The notes under the pieces are model-generated. The model had not been told where the DNA came from. It saw nothing but the letters and a program-made list of their open reading frames with translations, and searched no databases. Positions 16,403-24,968 of a DNA stretch of 32,000 nucleotides are shown here, one piece after another (position 1 is the stretch's first letter; the number at the start of each line of letters is the position of its first letter). A program made the position numbers and the translations under genes. Origin of the DNA: Halogeometricum borinquense DSM 11551 (GTDB taxonomy: Archaea > Halobacteriota > Halobacteria > Halobacteriales > Haloferacaceae); the NCBI RefSeq assembly GCF_000172995.2, contig NC_014729.1:480001-512000 (forward strand), in the 5' to 3' direction.

Positions 16403-17468
16403 CGACCCGACTCTCGGTATCGAACTCACGCCCGAGCACCCGATTCCCGCGGTCGTCGAACGCGGCGTTCGCGCGGAAAAAGCGGGCTACGACACCGCGT
16501 TCGTCTCCTGTCACTACAACAACCGCGACCCGTTCGCCGCCCTGTCGCGGCTTGCGGACGAGACTGAGGAGCTTCGACTCGGACCGGGTGTCGCCAACCC
16601 GTACGAGATGCACCCGGTCACGCTCGCCGCGAAGACGGCTACCGTCGCGGAACTCTCAGAGGGGCGCGCCGTCTTCGGTATCGGACCGGGAGACCCCTCA
16701 ACGCTGCGGAATCTCGGATTGGAAGACGAGCGCGGCCTGCGGTCTGTGCTGGAAGCGTTCAAAGTCGCCCAACGAGTGTGGGACGGCGAGCGCGTCAGCC
16801 ACGACGGGACGTTCGAGGCGCAGAACGCAGGCGTGAACTTCGACGTGCCCGGCGAGATTCCCGTCTACGTCGGTGGCGAGGGACCGCATATGTGCCGGAT
16901 GGCGGGTAAACACGCCGATGGCTTACTGTTCAACGGGTCGCACCCGGACGACGTGGCGTGGGCGCGAGCGCGAGTCGAGGAAGGAATCGCGGAGCGGCCA
17001 GATGGTGGAGATGCAGGAAACGATGGAGACAGCGGGGACGACGGAGACAGCGGGGACGACGGAAACACCGACACCGCCGACTTCGAACTCCTCGCGTACG
17101 CCAGTGTGAGCATCGATTCGGACCGTGAGGCGGCACGCGAGGCGGCCCGACCACCCGTCGCGTTCATCGCGTCCGGTGCCGCCCCGCCGGTCCTCGACAG
17201 ACACGGGATAGATGCCTCGCTGGCGGACGACATCGGAAAGAAAATTTCGGCAGGGGCGTTTTCGGAGGCGTTCGACCTCGTGACGCCCGCGATGATCGAT
17301 GCGTTCTCGATGGCTGGAACCCCCGACACCGTCGCCGACCGAATGGCCGCCGTCTTCGAACACGCAGACGGCGTGGTAGTCGGGTCGCCCCTCGGTCCGA
17401 ACCCGGACGAGGCGATTACGCTCGCCGCCGACGCGACGCGTCGGGCGCGCTCGCACCGAAGCCGCTGA
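16395..17468 (+). CDS. LLM-class F420-dependent oxidoreductase (methylene-H4MPT reductase / Mer-like)
   Basis: ORF 16158..17468 trimmed to MSDDPTLGIELTPEHP. The ATG overlaps the cofE stop (ATGAGTGA). Luciferase-like TIM-barrel pattern (YDTAFVSCHYNNRDPF, GIGPGD). It has an extra acidic loop GGDAGNDGDSGDDGDSGDDGNTD. Confidence 0.85.
   Translation: MSDDPTLGIELTPEHPIPAVVERGVRAEKAGYDTAFVSCHYNNRDPFAALSRLADETEELRLGPGVANPYEMHPVTLAAKTATVAELSEGRAVFGIGPGDPSTLRNLGLEDERGLRSVLEAFKVAQRVWDGERVSHDGTFEAQNAGVNFDVPGEIPVYVGGEGPHMCRMAGKHADGLLFNGSHPDDVAWARARVEEGIAERPDGGDAGNDGDSGDDGDSGDDGNTDTADFELLAYASVSIDSDREAAREAARPPVAFIASGAAPPVLDRHGIDASLADDIGKKISAGAFSEAFDLVTPAMIDAFSMAGTPDTVADRMAAVFEHADGVVVGSPLGPNPDEAITLAADATRRARSHRSR
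17025..17060 (+). repeat. In-frame 18-bp tandem duplication GGAGACAGCGGGGACGAC x2 inside the Mer-like gene
   Basis: 17025-17042 and 17043-17060 are identical and encode GDSGDD GDSGDD within an acidic loop. Confidence 0.9.
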
Positions 17469-17658
17469 CGCTGTTCAGTGCCGCACCGAGGACGAAGTAG
17501 CCCAGAGCGAGGCTGGCGGCGGTGACGAACGCGGCTCCGAAGAGGAACGAGAGGGCACTGATTGGGCCGACGCCGAGGAACACGTCGAAAATGAACGTGA
17601 GCACGAGTCGGACAATGCTCGTGACCAACTCTATGACGAAGTCGATGAGTGTGACCAT
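17416..17658 (-). CDS. Small two-TM membrane protein (80 aa), hypothetical
   Basis: ORF 17416..17703 trimmed to MVTLIDFVIELVTSIVRLVLTFIFDVF. It has two hydrophobic helices. The 3' end overlaps the Mer-like gene by 53 nt in convergent orientation. Confidence 0.5.
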   Translation of the reverse strand: MVTLIDFVIELVTSIVRLVLTFIFDVFLGVGPISALSFLFGAAFVTAASLALGYFVLGAALNSVSGFGASAPDASRRRRA

Positions 17659-17794
17659 AGACCCCCTTCGGAGTCCCTCTACTTGTGTGTTGAGGATTCG
17701 CACTACTCCTCGGCCACAGCGGCCTGCAGTTGCAGACGCTTCCTGTCGGCTCCCGGTCGGTACGGCTAAGAGTGACCGTTCACATCAGGGAACC

Positions 17795-18091
17795 GTGACG
17801 ACAGACCGCTCGCTGGACGAGTTCGTCGGCGGCGACTCGTCTGCTGAGTCTGAAACTGATACGGCGCAATCGGCCGAAACGAACGATGAGGCGGACGAGA
17901 ACGCGCCCGACAGCAGCGTACAAACGGACACGCTCGAAGACGGTGACTCCGGTACCGTGTCTCCCGCAGTTGGTACCTACCGCTGGGACCCTGACGGAGT
18001 CGAGTGCCCCACCTGCGGCGAGATGGTCGAACGCTTGTGGCTGGACGAGGACACGGACGCACAGGTCTGCGCCGACTGTAAGGCGTGGTAG
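17795..18091 (+). CDS. Small acidic protein with C-terminal zinc ribbon
   Basis: GTG at 17795 within ORF 17522..18091; the upstream part is antisense to the membrane protein gene. It has a D/E-rich N-terminal half and the C-terminal motif CPTCG...17 aa...CADC. Confidence 0.6.
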   Translation: MTTDRSLDEFVGGDSSAESETDTAQSAETNDEADENAPDSSVQTDTLEDGDSGTVSPAVGTYRWDPDGVECPTCGEMVERLWLDEDTDAQVCADCKAW

Positions 18092-18113
18092 CCGGCGCGG
18101 TCAACGCAGCCCA

Positions 18114-19874
18114 TCATCCCATTCGCGTCGAACGTCGCTCGAACCCGCGGACGAACGTCTCCTCTTCGATAGACAGCACCGTAGGTCGTCCGTGCGGACA
18201 CGCGTATGGCTGTTCACACGACCCGAGTCGCTCGACGAGTCGCGTCGCTTCCTCGGTGTTCAACGCGTCGCCCGCTTTCAATGACGGGTGACAGGCGAGG
18301 TCTTTTAGCAGTCGATCCGTGGCATCGCCCGGCGTCTCCCCGCCACGAAGTGCATCCAGCGCGTCGCGGACGCTCTCGGGTGCCGCGGCCCGCCCCATCG
18401 GTGCGGGCACGCCTCGGACGCGAACGGTGTCCCCGCCGAATGAGTCGAGTTCGTAGCCGAGGTGGGCGAGTTCGTCACGCCACTCCGCGGTCGCGGCGGC
18501 CTGCGCGGGCGACAGCGAGACTGTCGCGGCCGGGTCGATGGGTATGGATTCGACTGCGTTGACTTCTCCCGCTCCGACCGCCGCTCGCAGGCGTTCGTAG
18601 TTCACGCGCTCGTGGGCGGCGTGGTGGTCGATGACGAGCAAGTCGTCGTCGGCTTCACAGAGGAGATACAGATCACGGAACTGGCCGATGACGCGCACGC
18701 CGTCGAAACGGGATTCCTCGCCGTCAACCGGCTCCAGTGTCGAGTCGAGATCCATCGCCACGTCCTCACTTCGGCGCAGATCAGCCGTCGAGAGGGCGTC
18801 GTGGACCGCCTCGCGGACGGTTCGTTCGACCGCTCGTTGTGCCCGGAGTCGTACTTCTCGCTTCGCTGGGTGGACGTTGTGGTCACACCACGGCGGCGGG
18901 AGCGAGACACTGACGACGGCGACGGGCGCGCGGCCGTCCGGCAGTACGTCACCGTAGCCCGCGACGACGGCGCGCCGCAGCGGCTCCGACGGGAATGCAC
19001 GACCGTTCACAGCGGTGTAGATGTGATCGCGCCGGGAGCGTGTGACCGACGGATGCGCGAGGAGGCCTTCGACGCTGACGGTGACTGTCTCGCCGTTGTC
19101 CGTTATCTCGCGCTCGCTCTCGAATGTGGAACTCCGGCCGGCCACGTCGCGGTCGTAGACGCCGAGGATGGCGTCAGCGTAGTCGCCGCTTCCGGACGTG
19201 GAGAACACTTCGCGTCCGCCGCCGTCGGGCGACTCCCCGCCCGTCTCGTGGACGAGCGAGAACGCCACATCGGGTCGGGTGAGGGCGTACCGCGAGACGG
19301 CGTCGGAAACGCGCGCGAACTCGGCGCGCGAGGACGCGAGCGACTGCCTGCGGGCGGGTATCTCGGCGAATAGATCACGGACTTCGACAGTCGTCCCGCG
19401 CGCTCGACCGATGGGTTTGACGTGCTTCTCATCCTCGGCGACGACGACGCGTGTCCCGCGGGTACCGCCGTCGTTCGTCACGAGTTCCAGTGTCCCAGCG
19501 GCGGCGATGCTCGGCAGGGCTTCGCCCCGGAATCCGAGCGTCGAGACCGTTTGTAGGTCGGCGGCGTCACCGGATGAAGTCCGGTGGCCTTCCGAGGTTC
19601 CCTCGGCGACGTCGCCGAGTTTGCTTGTCGTATGGCGTTCGACGGCGAGTGCGGCGTCGGTCTCCGACATCCCGCGGCCGTTATCCCGGACTCGTAGGAG
19701 GTCCGTCCCATCGCCGACGACGGTCACTTCGACGCGCGTCGCCTCGGCATCGAGCGCGTTCTCTACGAGTTCCACTACCGCGTCTTCGGGGCGTGTTATC
19801 ACCTCTCCGGCGGCGATGCTCGCAACCGTCTCCTCGTCGAGTTTTCGAACGCGTCTGTCGGTCTCTGTCGTCAC
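18114..19874 (-). CDS. mutL: DNA mismatch repair protein MutL (endonuclease type)
   Basis: GTG start. GHKL ATPase motifs (ELVENALDA, DNGRGM, GFRGEAL). The C-terminal domain carries DHHAAHERVNYE (the DQHAx2Ex4E-type metal site) and ACPHGRP. Confidence 0.95.
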   Translation of the reverse strand: MTTETDRRVRKLDEETVASIAAGEVITRPEDAVVELVENALDAEATRVEVTVVGDGTDLLRVRDNGRGMSETDAALAVERHTTSKLGDVAEGTSEGHRTSSGDAADLQTVSTLGFRGEALPSIAAAGTLELVTNDGGTRGTRVVVAEDEKHVKPIGRARGTTVEVRDLFAEIPARRQSLASSRAEFARVSDAVSRYALTRPDVAFSLVHETGGESPDGGGREVFSTSGSGDYADAILGVYDRDVAGRSSTFESEREITDNGETVTVSVEGLLAHPSVTRSRRDHIYTAVNGRAFPSEPLRRAVVAGYGDVLPDGRAPVAVVSVSLPPPWCDHNVHPAKREVRLRAQRAVERTVREAVHDALSTADLRRSEDVAMDLDSTLEPVDGEESRFDGVRVIGQFRDLYLLCEADDDLLVIDHHAAHERVNYERLRAAVGAGEVNAVESIPIDPAATVSLSPAQAAATAEWRDELAHLGYELDSFGGDTVRVRGVPAPMGRAAAPESVRDALDALRGGETPGDATDRLLKDLACHPSLKAGDALNTEEATRLVERLGSCEQPYACPHGRPTVLSIEEETFVRGFERRSTRMG

Positions 19875-19898
19875 AGTTTATCGGTCGCTGTCTCCCGT

Positions 19899-22724
19899 TC
19901 AGTCGTCGAGTCGCTGTTTCAGTCGGTCGAGTGTGTTCAGGGCCTCCAACGGCGTCGTTCCAGCAACGTCGAGCGAGCGAATCTCGTCCAACACATCGTC
20001 TTCTGCGTCGGAGGTCACTCGGCCGTCGGTCTCCGTCGCTTCGATCCCATCGACGTACGCGGCGAGGGTGCCGTCTTTCGGTGCGGAGGTTGTGCCCTCC
20101 TGTTCGACCGGTTTGTTCCCGGTCTCGGTTCCGTCCTCGTTCCCGGCCCGTCGGCCATCCTGACCGTTCGTCGTCGCTTGGGTCGCGGTGGGTGAATCGC
20201 TTTCGGCGGCCTCGGCTGTTTCGACCGCTCTATCCGCCTGTCCATTGTCCGCCCCGTCGGCCTCTCGGATGTACTCTCGCGCACGTTCGACTACCGTGGA
20301 CGGGACGCCAGCCAACTTCGCCACTTCGACACCGTACGACGACGACGAGGGACCGTCGGCAACGCGGTGCAGGAACGTCACGTCCGGTTCGCCGCTCTCG
20401 CGTTCGGTTTTCTCGACGGTGAAATGGAGGTTGAACGCCTCGGGAAGGCGCTCGCTGAGCGCAGTCAGGTCGTGGTAGTGAGTAGCGAACAGCGTCGTTG
20501 CGCCGACTTCGTCGTGAACGAACTCGGTCGTCGCGCGGGCGATGGCGAGACCATCCGTCGTGGACGTTCCTCGTCCGACTTCGTCCAAGAGGACCAGCGA
20601 GTCCTCGGTCGCGTTGTGGAGAATATCGGTCAACTCGGCCATCTCACGCATGAACGTGGACTGTCCGCCCGCGATGTCGTCGGAGGCTCCGACGCGGGTG
20701 AAAATGCGGTCGAGAATCGGTAGTCGCGCGGCCCGTGCCGGGACAAAACTTCCCGCCTGCGCGAGGATGGCGATTAGAGCGACTTGACGCATGTAGGTTG
20801 ATTTCCCGCTCATGTTCGGCCCGGTGATGACCGCAACATGTCCGTCCGAAAAGTCCGCAGGATTCGGTACGAACTCGCCCTGCGTGCGTTCGACGACGGG
20901 GTGGCGACCCGCCTCAATTTCCACTGTGTCGGTCCCCATCTCCGGACGGACATAGTCGTTCGCGGCGGCCACGGCGGCAAACGTCGCCAACACGTCAAGC
21001 GTCGCAAGCGAGTCCGCAAGCGATTGGAGGCGTTCGACTTCCTCGGCAACATCGGCGCGAACGTTGGTGAACACCTCGTACTCCAAGGCGTCGGCCTTCT
21101 CTGACGCTGAGAGAATTTCGTCCTCGCGGCGCTTCAGTTCCGGCGTGTAGAACCGCTCTGAGTTCTTCAGCGTCTGCCGCCGGGTGTAGTCGTCCGGGAC
21201 ACTGTCGAGGTTCGGATTCGTCACCTCGATATAATAGCCGTGTACCTGATTGTATCCGACTTCCAGTGAATCGATGCCGGTCCGCTCTTGCTCCTGTTCT
21301 TCGAGGTTCGACACCCACTCGCGTCCCTCGCGTTCGGTGGCGCGAATCTCGTCTAACTCGTCGTCGAACCCCTCTCGGATCACGCCACCTTCCGTTATCT
21401 CCTGTGGCGGATCTGGTCGAATCGCTTCGCCGATGAGGTCGCGCACGTCCGCGAGTTCGTCCAGCGAGTCGCACAGGCGCTGGAGCGGATCAGTCTCCAT
21501 CTCGGAGAGCGCCGATTTCACTTCCGGAACAGCGTCGAGCGTCGTCTTCAGCGCTCGTAAGTCGCGTGCGTTCGCTCGCTCGCGGGACACGCGCGAGACG
21601 AGTCGTTCGAGGTCGTACACTTCAGACAGGTGGTCTCTCACTGTCTCGCGGGCCAGCGGTCGGTCGATGAGTTCTCCGACGGCGTCGTGTCGGCGTCGAA
21701 TCTCCCGTTCGTCTACGGAGGGGCGGCGAAGCCACGCCGTGAGACGGCGACGACCGAGGGCACAGGCTGTCTCGTCCAGCACGCCGACGAGGGTACGCCC
21801 GCCGCTCGGACTCCGCGACTCGAACAGTTCGAGACTGCGAATCGCCGTCGCGTCCAGTTGCAGGGACCGCTCTGGATCGTAACGACGGACGCGCGAAACA
21901 TACTCAAGAGGTCCATCGTCGCCCTGCGTGTACTCGGCGTAGTCGAGGAGACCGCCGACAGCGCGCATCTCCGACTCGTTCTCGACGACCGATTCGGGAG
22001 CGGAGACGTACGCTGAGAGCGTCTCGCTCGCCCCATCGACGTCGAACGCCTCGGGGTCGGGGTTCGACACCAGCGTCTCGAATCCGAGTTCGAAGTCGGG
22101 CGCGTCGGCGGCAGAGAGCAGTTCTGCCGGGGCGAGGCGGTCCAGTTCCTCGCCGATTTCGTACGCTGACCCGCTTGTCACTTGGCACTCGCCCGTCGAG
22201 ACATCTACCGTCGCCAGCGCGGTTTCGTCCCCGGATCCGGCGACTGCTCCGAGATACGTCGCTGTCGCGCCGGAGAGCAGTTCGTCGTCTACGACGGTGC
22301 CGGGCGTGATGACCTGCGTTACTGCACGGTCAACTAGTCCCGAGGCCTCCGAGGCATCCTCGACTTGGTCGGCGACGGCGACGCGATAGCCCGCGTCGAG
22401 GAGGGCTTCGAGGTAGGACGCGGCGTTGTCGATAGGGATTCCGGCCATCGGATACGTTCCCGTCGAATCTTCGCGTTTCGTCAGCGTCACCTCACAGACC
22501 CGGGCGACTTCCTCTGCGGCCTCGCAGAACGCCTCGTAGAAATCCCCGACCTGGAACATGACGATTGCGTCGGGGTGGGACTCACAGAGGTCGAGATACT
22601 GCGAGAGCATCGGCGTAAGTTCCTCGCGGGCCGCCACCATCTTCTGCGGCGGTCCCTCCGGTCGAGGAGCGTCGTCCGCCTGCGACGCCGCCTCGGGAAC
22701 CGCCGTCCCGTCCGCGTGATTCAT
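19899..22724 (-). CDS. mutS: DNA mismatch repair protein MutS
   Basis: ORF 19899..22847 trimmed to MNHADGT. N-terminus [28 protein letters not shown], Walker [14 protein letters not shown], then STFMREM and DEVGRGTST. It has an acidic low-complexity C-terminal extension. mutL starts 24 nt downstream. Confidence 0.95.
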   Translation of the reverse strand: MNHADGTAVPEAASQADDAPRPEGPPQKMVAAREELTPMLSQYLDLCESHPDAIVMFQVGDFYEAFCEAAEEVARVCEVTLTKREDSTGTYPMAGIPIDNAASYLEALLDAGYRVAVADQVEDASEASGLVDRAVTQVITPGTVVDDELLSGATATYLGAVAGSGDETALATVDVSTGECQVTSGSAYEIGEELDRLAPAELLSAADAPDFELGFETLVSNPDPEAFDVDGASETLSAYVSAPESVVENESEMRAVGGLLDYAEYTQGDDGPLEYVSRVRRYDPERSLQLDATAIRSLELFESRSPSGGRTLVGVLDETACALGRRRLTAWLRRPSVDEREIRRRHDAVGELIDRPLARETVRDHLSEVYDLERLVSRVSRERANARDLRALKTTLDAVPEVKSALSEMETDPLQRLCDSLDELADVRDLIGEAIRPDPPQEITEGGVIREGFDDELDEIRATEREGREWVSNLEEQEQERTGIDSLEVGYNQVHGYYIEVTNPNLDSVPDDYTRRQTLKNSERFYTPELKRREDEILSASEKADALEYEVFTNVRADVAEEVERLQSLADSLATLDVLATFAAVAAANDYVRPEMGTDTVEIEAGRHPVVERTQGEFVPNPADFSDGHVAVITGPNMSGKSTYMRQVALIAILAQAGSFVPARAARLPILDRIFTRVGASDDIAGGQSTFMREMAELTDILHNATEDSLVLLDEVGRGTSTTDGLAIARATTEFVHDEVGATTLFATHYHDLTALSERLPEAFNLHFTVEKTERESGEPDVTFLHRVADGPSSSSYGVEVAKLAGVPSTVVERAREYIREADGADNGQADRAVETAEAAESDSPTATQATTNGQDGRRAGNEDGTETGNKPVEQEGTTSAPKDGTLAAYVDGIEATETDGRVTSDAEDDVLDEIRSLDVAGTTPLEALNTLDRLKQRLDD

Positions 22725-22746
22725 ATCCAGTAGACGGCGACCGACG

Positions 22747-22756
22747 GACAAAAACG
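22747..22756 (-). promoter_or_regulatory. A/T box (CGTTTTTGTC on the minus strand) for mutS
   Basis: About 27 nt upstream of the ATG at 22724, which supports the trimmed mutS start. Confidence 0.4.
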
Positions 22757-22969
22757 ACCGGGAACGACGCCGATGATTCGGACGGCGTGTCCTCACGTCG
22801 GGCGACGAACTGAACTGGCGTCGGTACGACATGGTGATCGCCCACACCCCGCAAAGTTACGTGCGAGCGCTCCGTAACTGAACGCTGTGTGCGCGCGAGC
22901 CGTTACCAGGCGTGTCATGGAAGGGCGAGAGCCCCTTCGCCGGTTCGCCCACCTTTTGAATCCTCATAC

Positions 22970-23944
22970 ATGACTGACGCAGACGCCGTCCCTGACGCAA
23001 CCCCGAAGGCATCAACCGTCTCCCCGCTCCCGGTCGAAGACGCCGCCGACCTCACGACGCGAATCACCGACAACGTCGAGCGCGTCATCGTCGGCCACCG
23101 GGACGCTATCGAGAACATCCTCATCGCCGTCCTCGCTCGCGGGCACCTCCTGTTGGAGGACGTGCCGGGTGTTGGCAAGACGATGCTTGCCCGCGCCGTG
23201 GCGATTTCGCTCGGCGGGTCGTTCAAGCGCGTGCAGTTTACGCCCGACCTCCTCCCGTCGGACGTGACTGGCGTGAACGTGTTCAACCAACAGACCCGCG
23301 AGTTCGAGTTCCAGCCGGGACCCGTGTTCGCCAACGTCGTCCTCGGCGACGAGATCAACCGCGCGCCGCCGAAGACGCAGGCCGCTCTCCTCGAAGTGAT
23401 GGAAGAACAGCAAGTGACCGTCGATGGGGAGTCACACCGCGTTCCGGACCCGTTCACCGTCATCGCCACGCAGAACGACGTGGAACCGAACCGGACGTAC
23501 GAACTCCCGATTGCCGAAATCGACCGTTTCATGAAGAAACTGCGACTCGGCTATCCCTCCGAAACACAGGAGACGGAACTGCTCGGCCGCGTCACGGGCG
23601 ATCATCCGATCGACTCGCTGGACCCGGTCGCCTCCGTCGAAGACGTGTTGCAGGCCCGTCGAACCGTCTCGCAGGTGACGGTGCGTGAACCCGTCCGCTC
23701 GTACGTCTCCCGACTTGCGGGCTATACCCGCGAACACGCCCAACTGGGCGTGAGTCCTCGCGGCGGCATCGCGCTGGTCCGCGCTTCGCAGGCCCGTGCC
23801 GTCTTCGACGGGCGCGACTACGTCATCCCGGACGACGTACAGACCGAAGCACAAAGCGTCTGGGCGCATCGCATCCGAACCGACGGCGACGACACCGGAG
23901 CAGCAATCGTCGCTCGCGCGCTCGACAGAGTCGCGGTCGAGTAA
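22970..23944 (+). CDS. MoxR-family AAA+ ATPase
   Basis: ORF 22889..23944 trimmed to MTDADAV. Walker A is EDVPGVGKT and Walker B is VVLGDEINRAPPKTQAALLEVMEE, with the typical MoxR C-terminal lid (GVSPRGGIAL). Confidence 0.95.
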   Translation: MTDADAVPDATPKASTVSPLPVEDAADLTTRITDNVERVIVGHRDAIENILIAVLARGHLLLEDVPGVGKTMLARAVAISLGGSFKRVQFTPDLLPSDVTGVNVFNQQTREFEFQPGPVFANVVLGDEINRAPPKTQAALLEVMEEQQVTVDGESHRVPDPFTVIATQNDVEPNRTYELPIAEIDRFMKKLRLGYPSETQETELLGRVTGDHPIDSLDPVASVEDVLQARRTVSQVTVREPVRSYVSRLAGYTREHAQLGVSPRGGIALVRASQARAVFDGRDYVIPDDVQTEAQSVWAHRIRTDGDDTGAAIVARALDRVAVE

Positions 23945-23948
23945 CCAG

Positions 23949-24968
23949 ATGCGGCTCACTCGACGCGGCTACGCGGTCTGTGGGGTGGTCGCGACCGCCA
24001 TCGCTCTCAGCATCGGCTTCGGTCCGCGGTCTCTCAACGCCATTGTCATCCCGGCGGTCGTCGCTTTGGCGGCCGCCATCTTGCAGGTCCGTCGCGCACC
24101 CGTGCCAGCGGTTGAACGGACCGTCCCGAACGACGACGTTCCGGACACTACGGGAACGGTCACGCTGTCGTTCGACACCGAGCGGTCGTATCCGGCGACG
24201 GTACTCGATGCGCTCCCCCTCGGTCTCGACGGCGACGCCGAGGGCGAGACGCTCGTCGGCGATGACCCCTTCGCCTACGAGGTGACGTACCGCAAGCGGG
24301 GCGAATACGAACTCGGCCCTGCGACTATCGTTGCCACCGACGTACTCGGGTTAGTCGAACGCGAACTGCTCGCTCCCGGTACCGACTCGGTGCTGGTGTT
24401 TCCGCGGGTCAGACGACTCTCGACGGCGGCCCGGCACGACCTCTGGTCGCTGTATGATGCCCAGATTTCCCCTCGACGCGAGGAGTTCGACGGTCTCCGC
24501 GAGTACGTCCGTGGTGACTCGCTCAGAGATGTTCACTGGAAGTCGACGGCGAAACGCGACGACCTCATCGTCAAGGAGTTCGTCGCGGAGACGGACGCAT
24601 CGAGCGTCCACATCGCCGCCGGTGCCGCCCGAACCGCGAGCGACCGGATGGCTGAGGCGGCGGCCACGATCTGTCTCACGTTTGTCACGTCCGGTATCCC
24701 TGTCACGCTCTCGACGCCCTCTGGCGTCGTCGAAGCGACCGCGGGCGACGACCGACAACTGCTCGAACATCTCGCACGCGCCGACGGCGGTGCCGTTCCC
24801 GACGATGCCGCCGATGTCGTCATCACGGCGAGCGAAGCGGCCACCCGCGTCAGATACGGCGACAGCGAGACGACGTTCGAGATGCTCGTCGCGGAGACGG
24901 GGCGGGCGAATGGTCACTTCGCCGGCGGTCAGACAGGACGTGAACCGACAGGGGTGACGACCTCGTGA
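23949..24968 (+). CDS. DUF58 domain protein (vWA-like partner of MoxR)
   Basis: ORF 23796..24968 trimmed to MRLTRRGYAV, 4 nt after the moxR stop. It has two N-terminal TM helices and the signature FDGLREYVRGDSLRDVHWKSTAKRDDLIVKEF. Confidence 0.9.
   Translation: MRLTRRGYAVCGVVATAIALSIGFGPRSLNAIVIPAVVALAAAILQVRRAPVPAVERTVPNDDVPDTTGTVTLSFDTERSYPATVLDALPLGLDGDAEGETLVGDDPFAYEVTYRKRGEYELGPATIVATDVLGLVERELLAPGTDSVLVFPRVRRLSTAARHDLWSLYDAQISPRREEFDGLREYVRGDSLRDVHWKSTAKRDDLIVKEFVAETDASSVHIAAGAARTASDRMAEAAATICLTFVTSGIPVTLSTPSGVVEATAGDDRQLLEHLARADGGAVPDDAADVVITASEAATRVRYGDSETTFEMLVAETGRANGHFAGGQTGREPTGVTTS

Noticed and set aside
19198-20422. Two plus-strand ORFs of about 320 aa (19198..20163, 19451..20422)
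   Set aside because: They are antisense to mutL and mutS, Ser/Arg-rich, and overlap each other in different frames.
22953-22960. CTTTTGAA as the moxR TATA box
   Set aside because: It is only about 13 nt from the ATG, too close for the usual archaeal TATA-to-TSS spacing. The moxR promoter is left unassigned.
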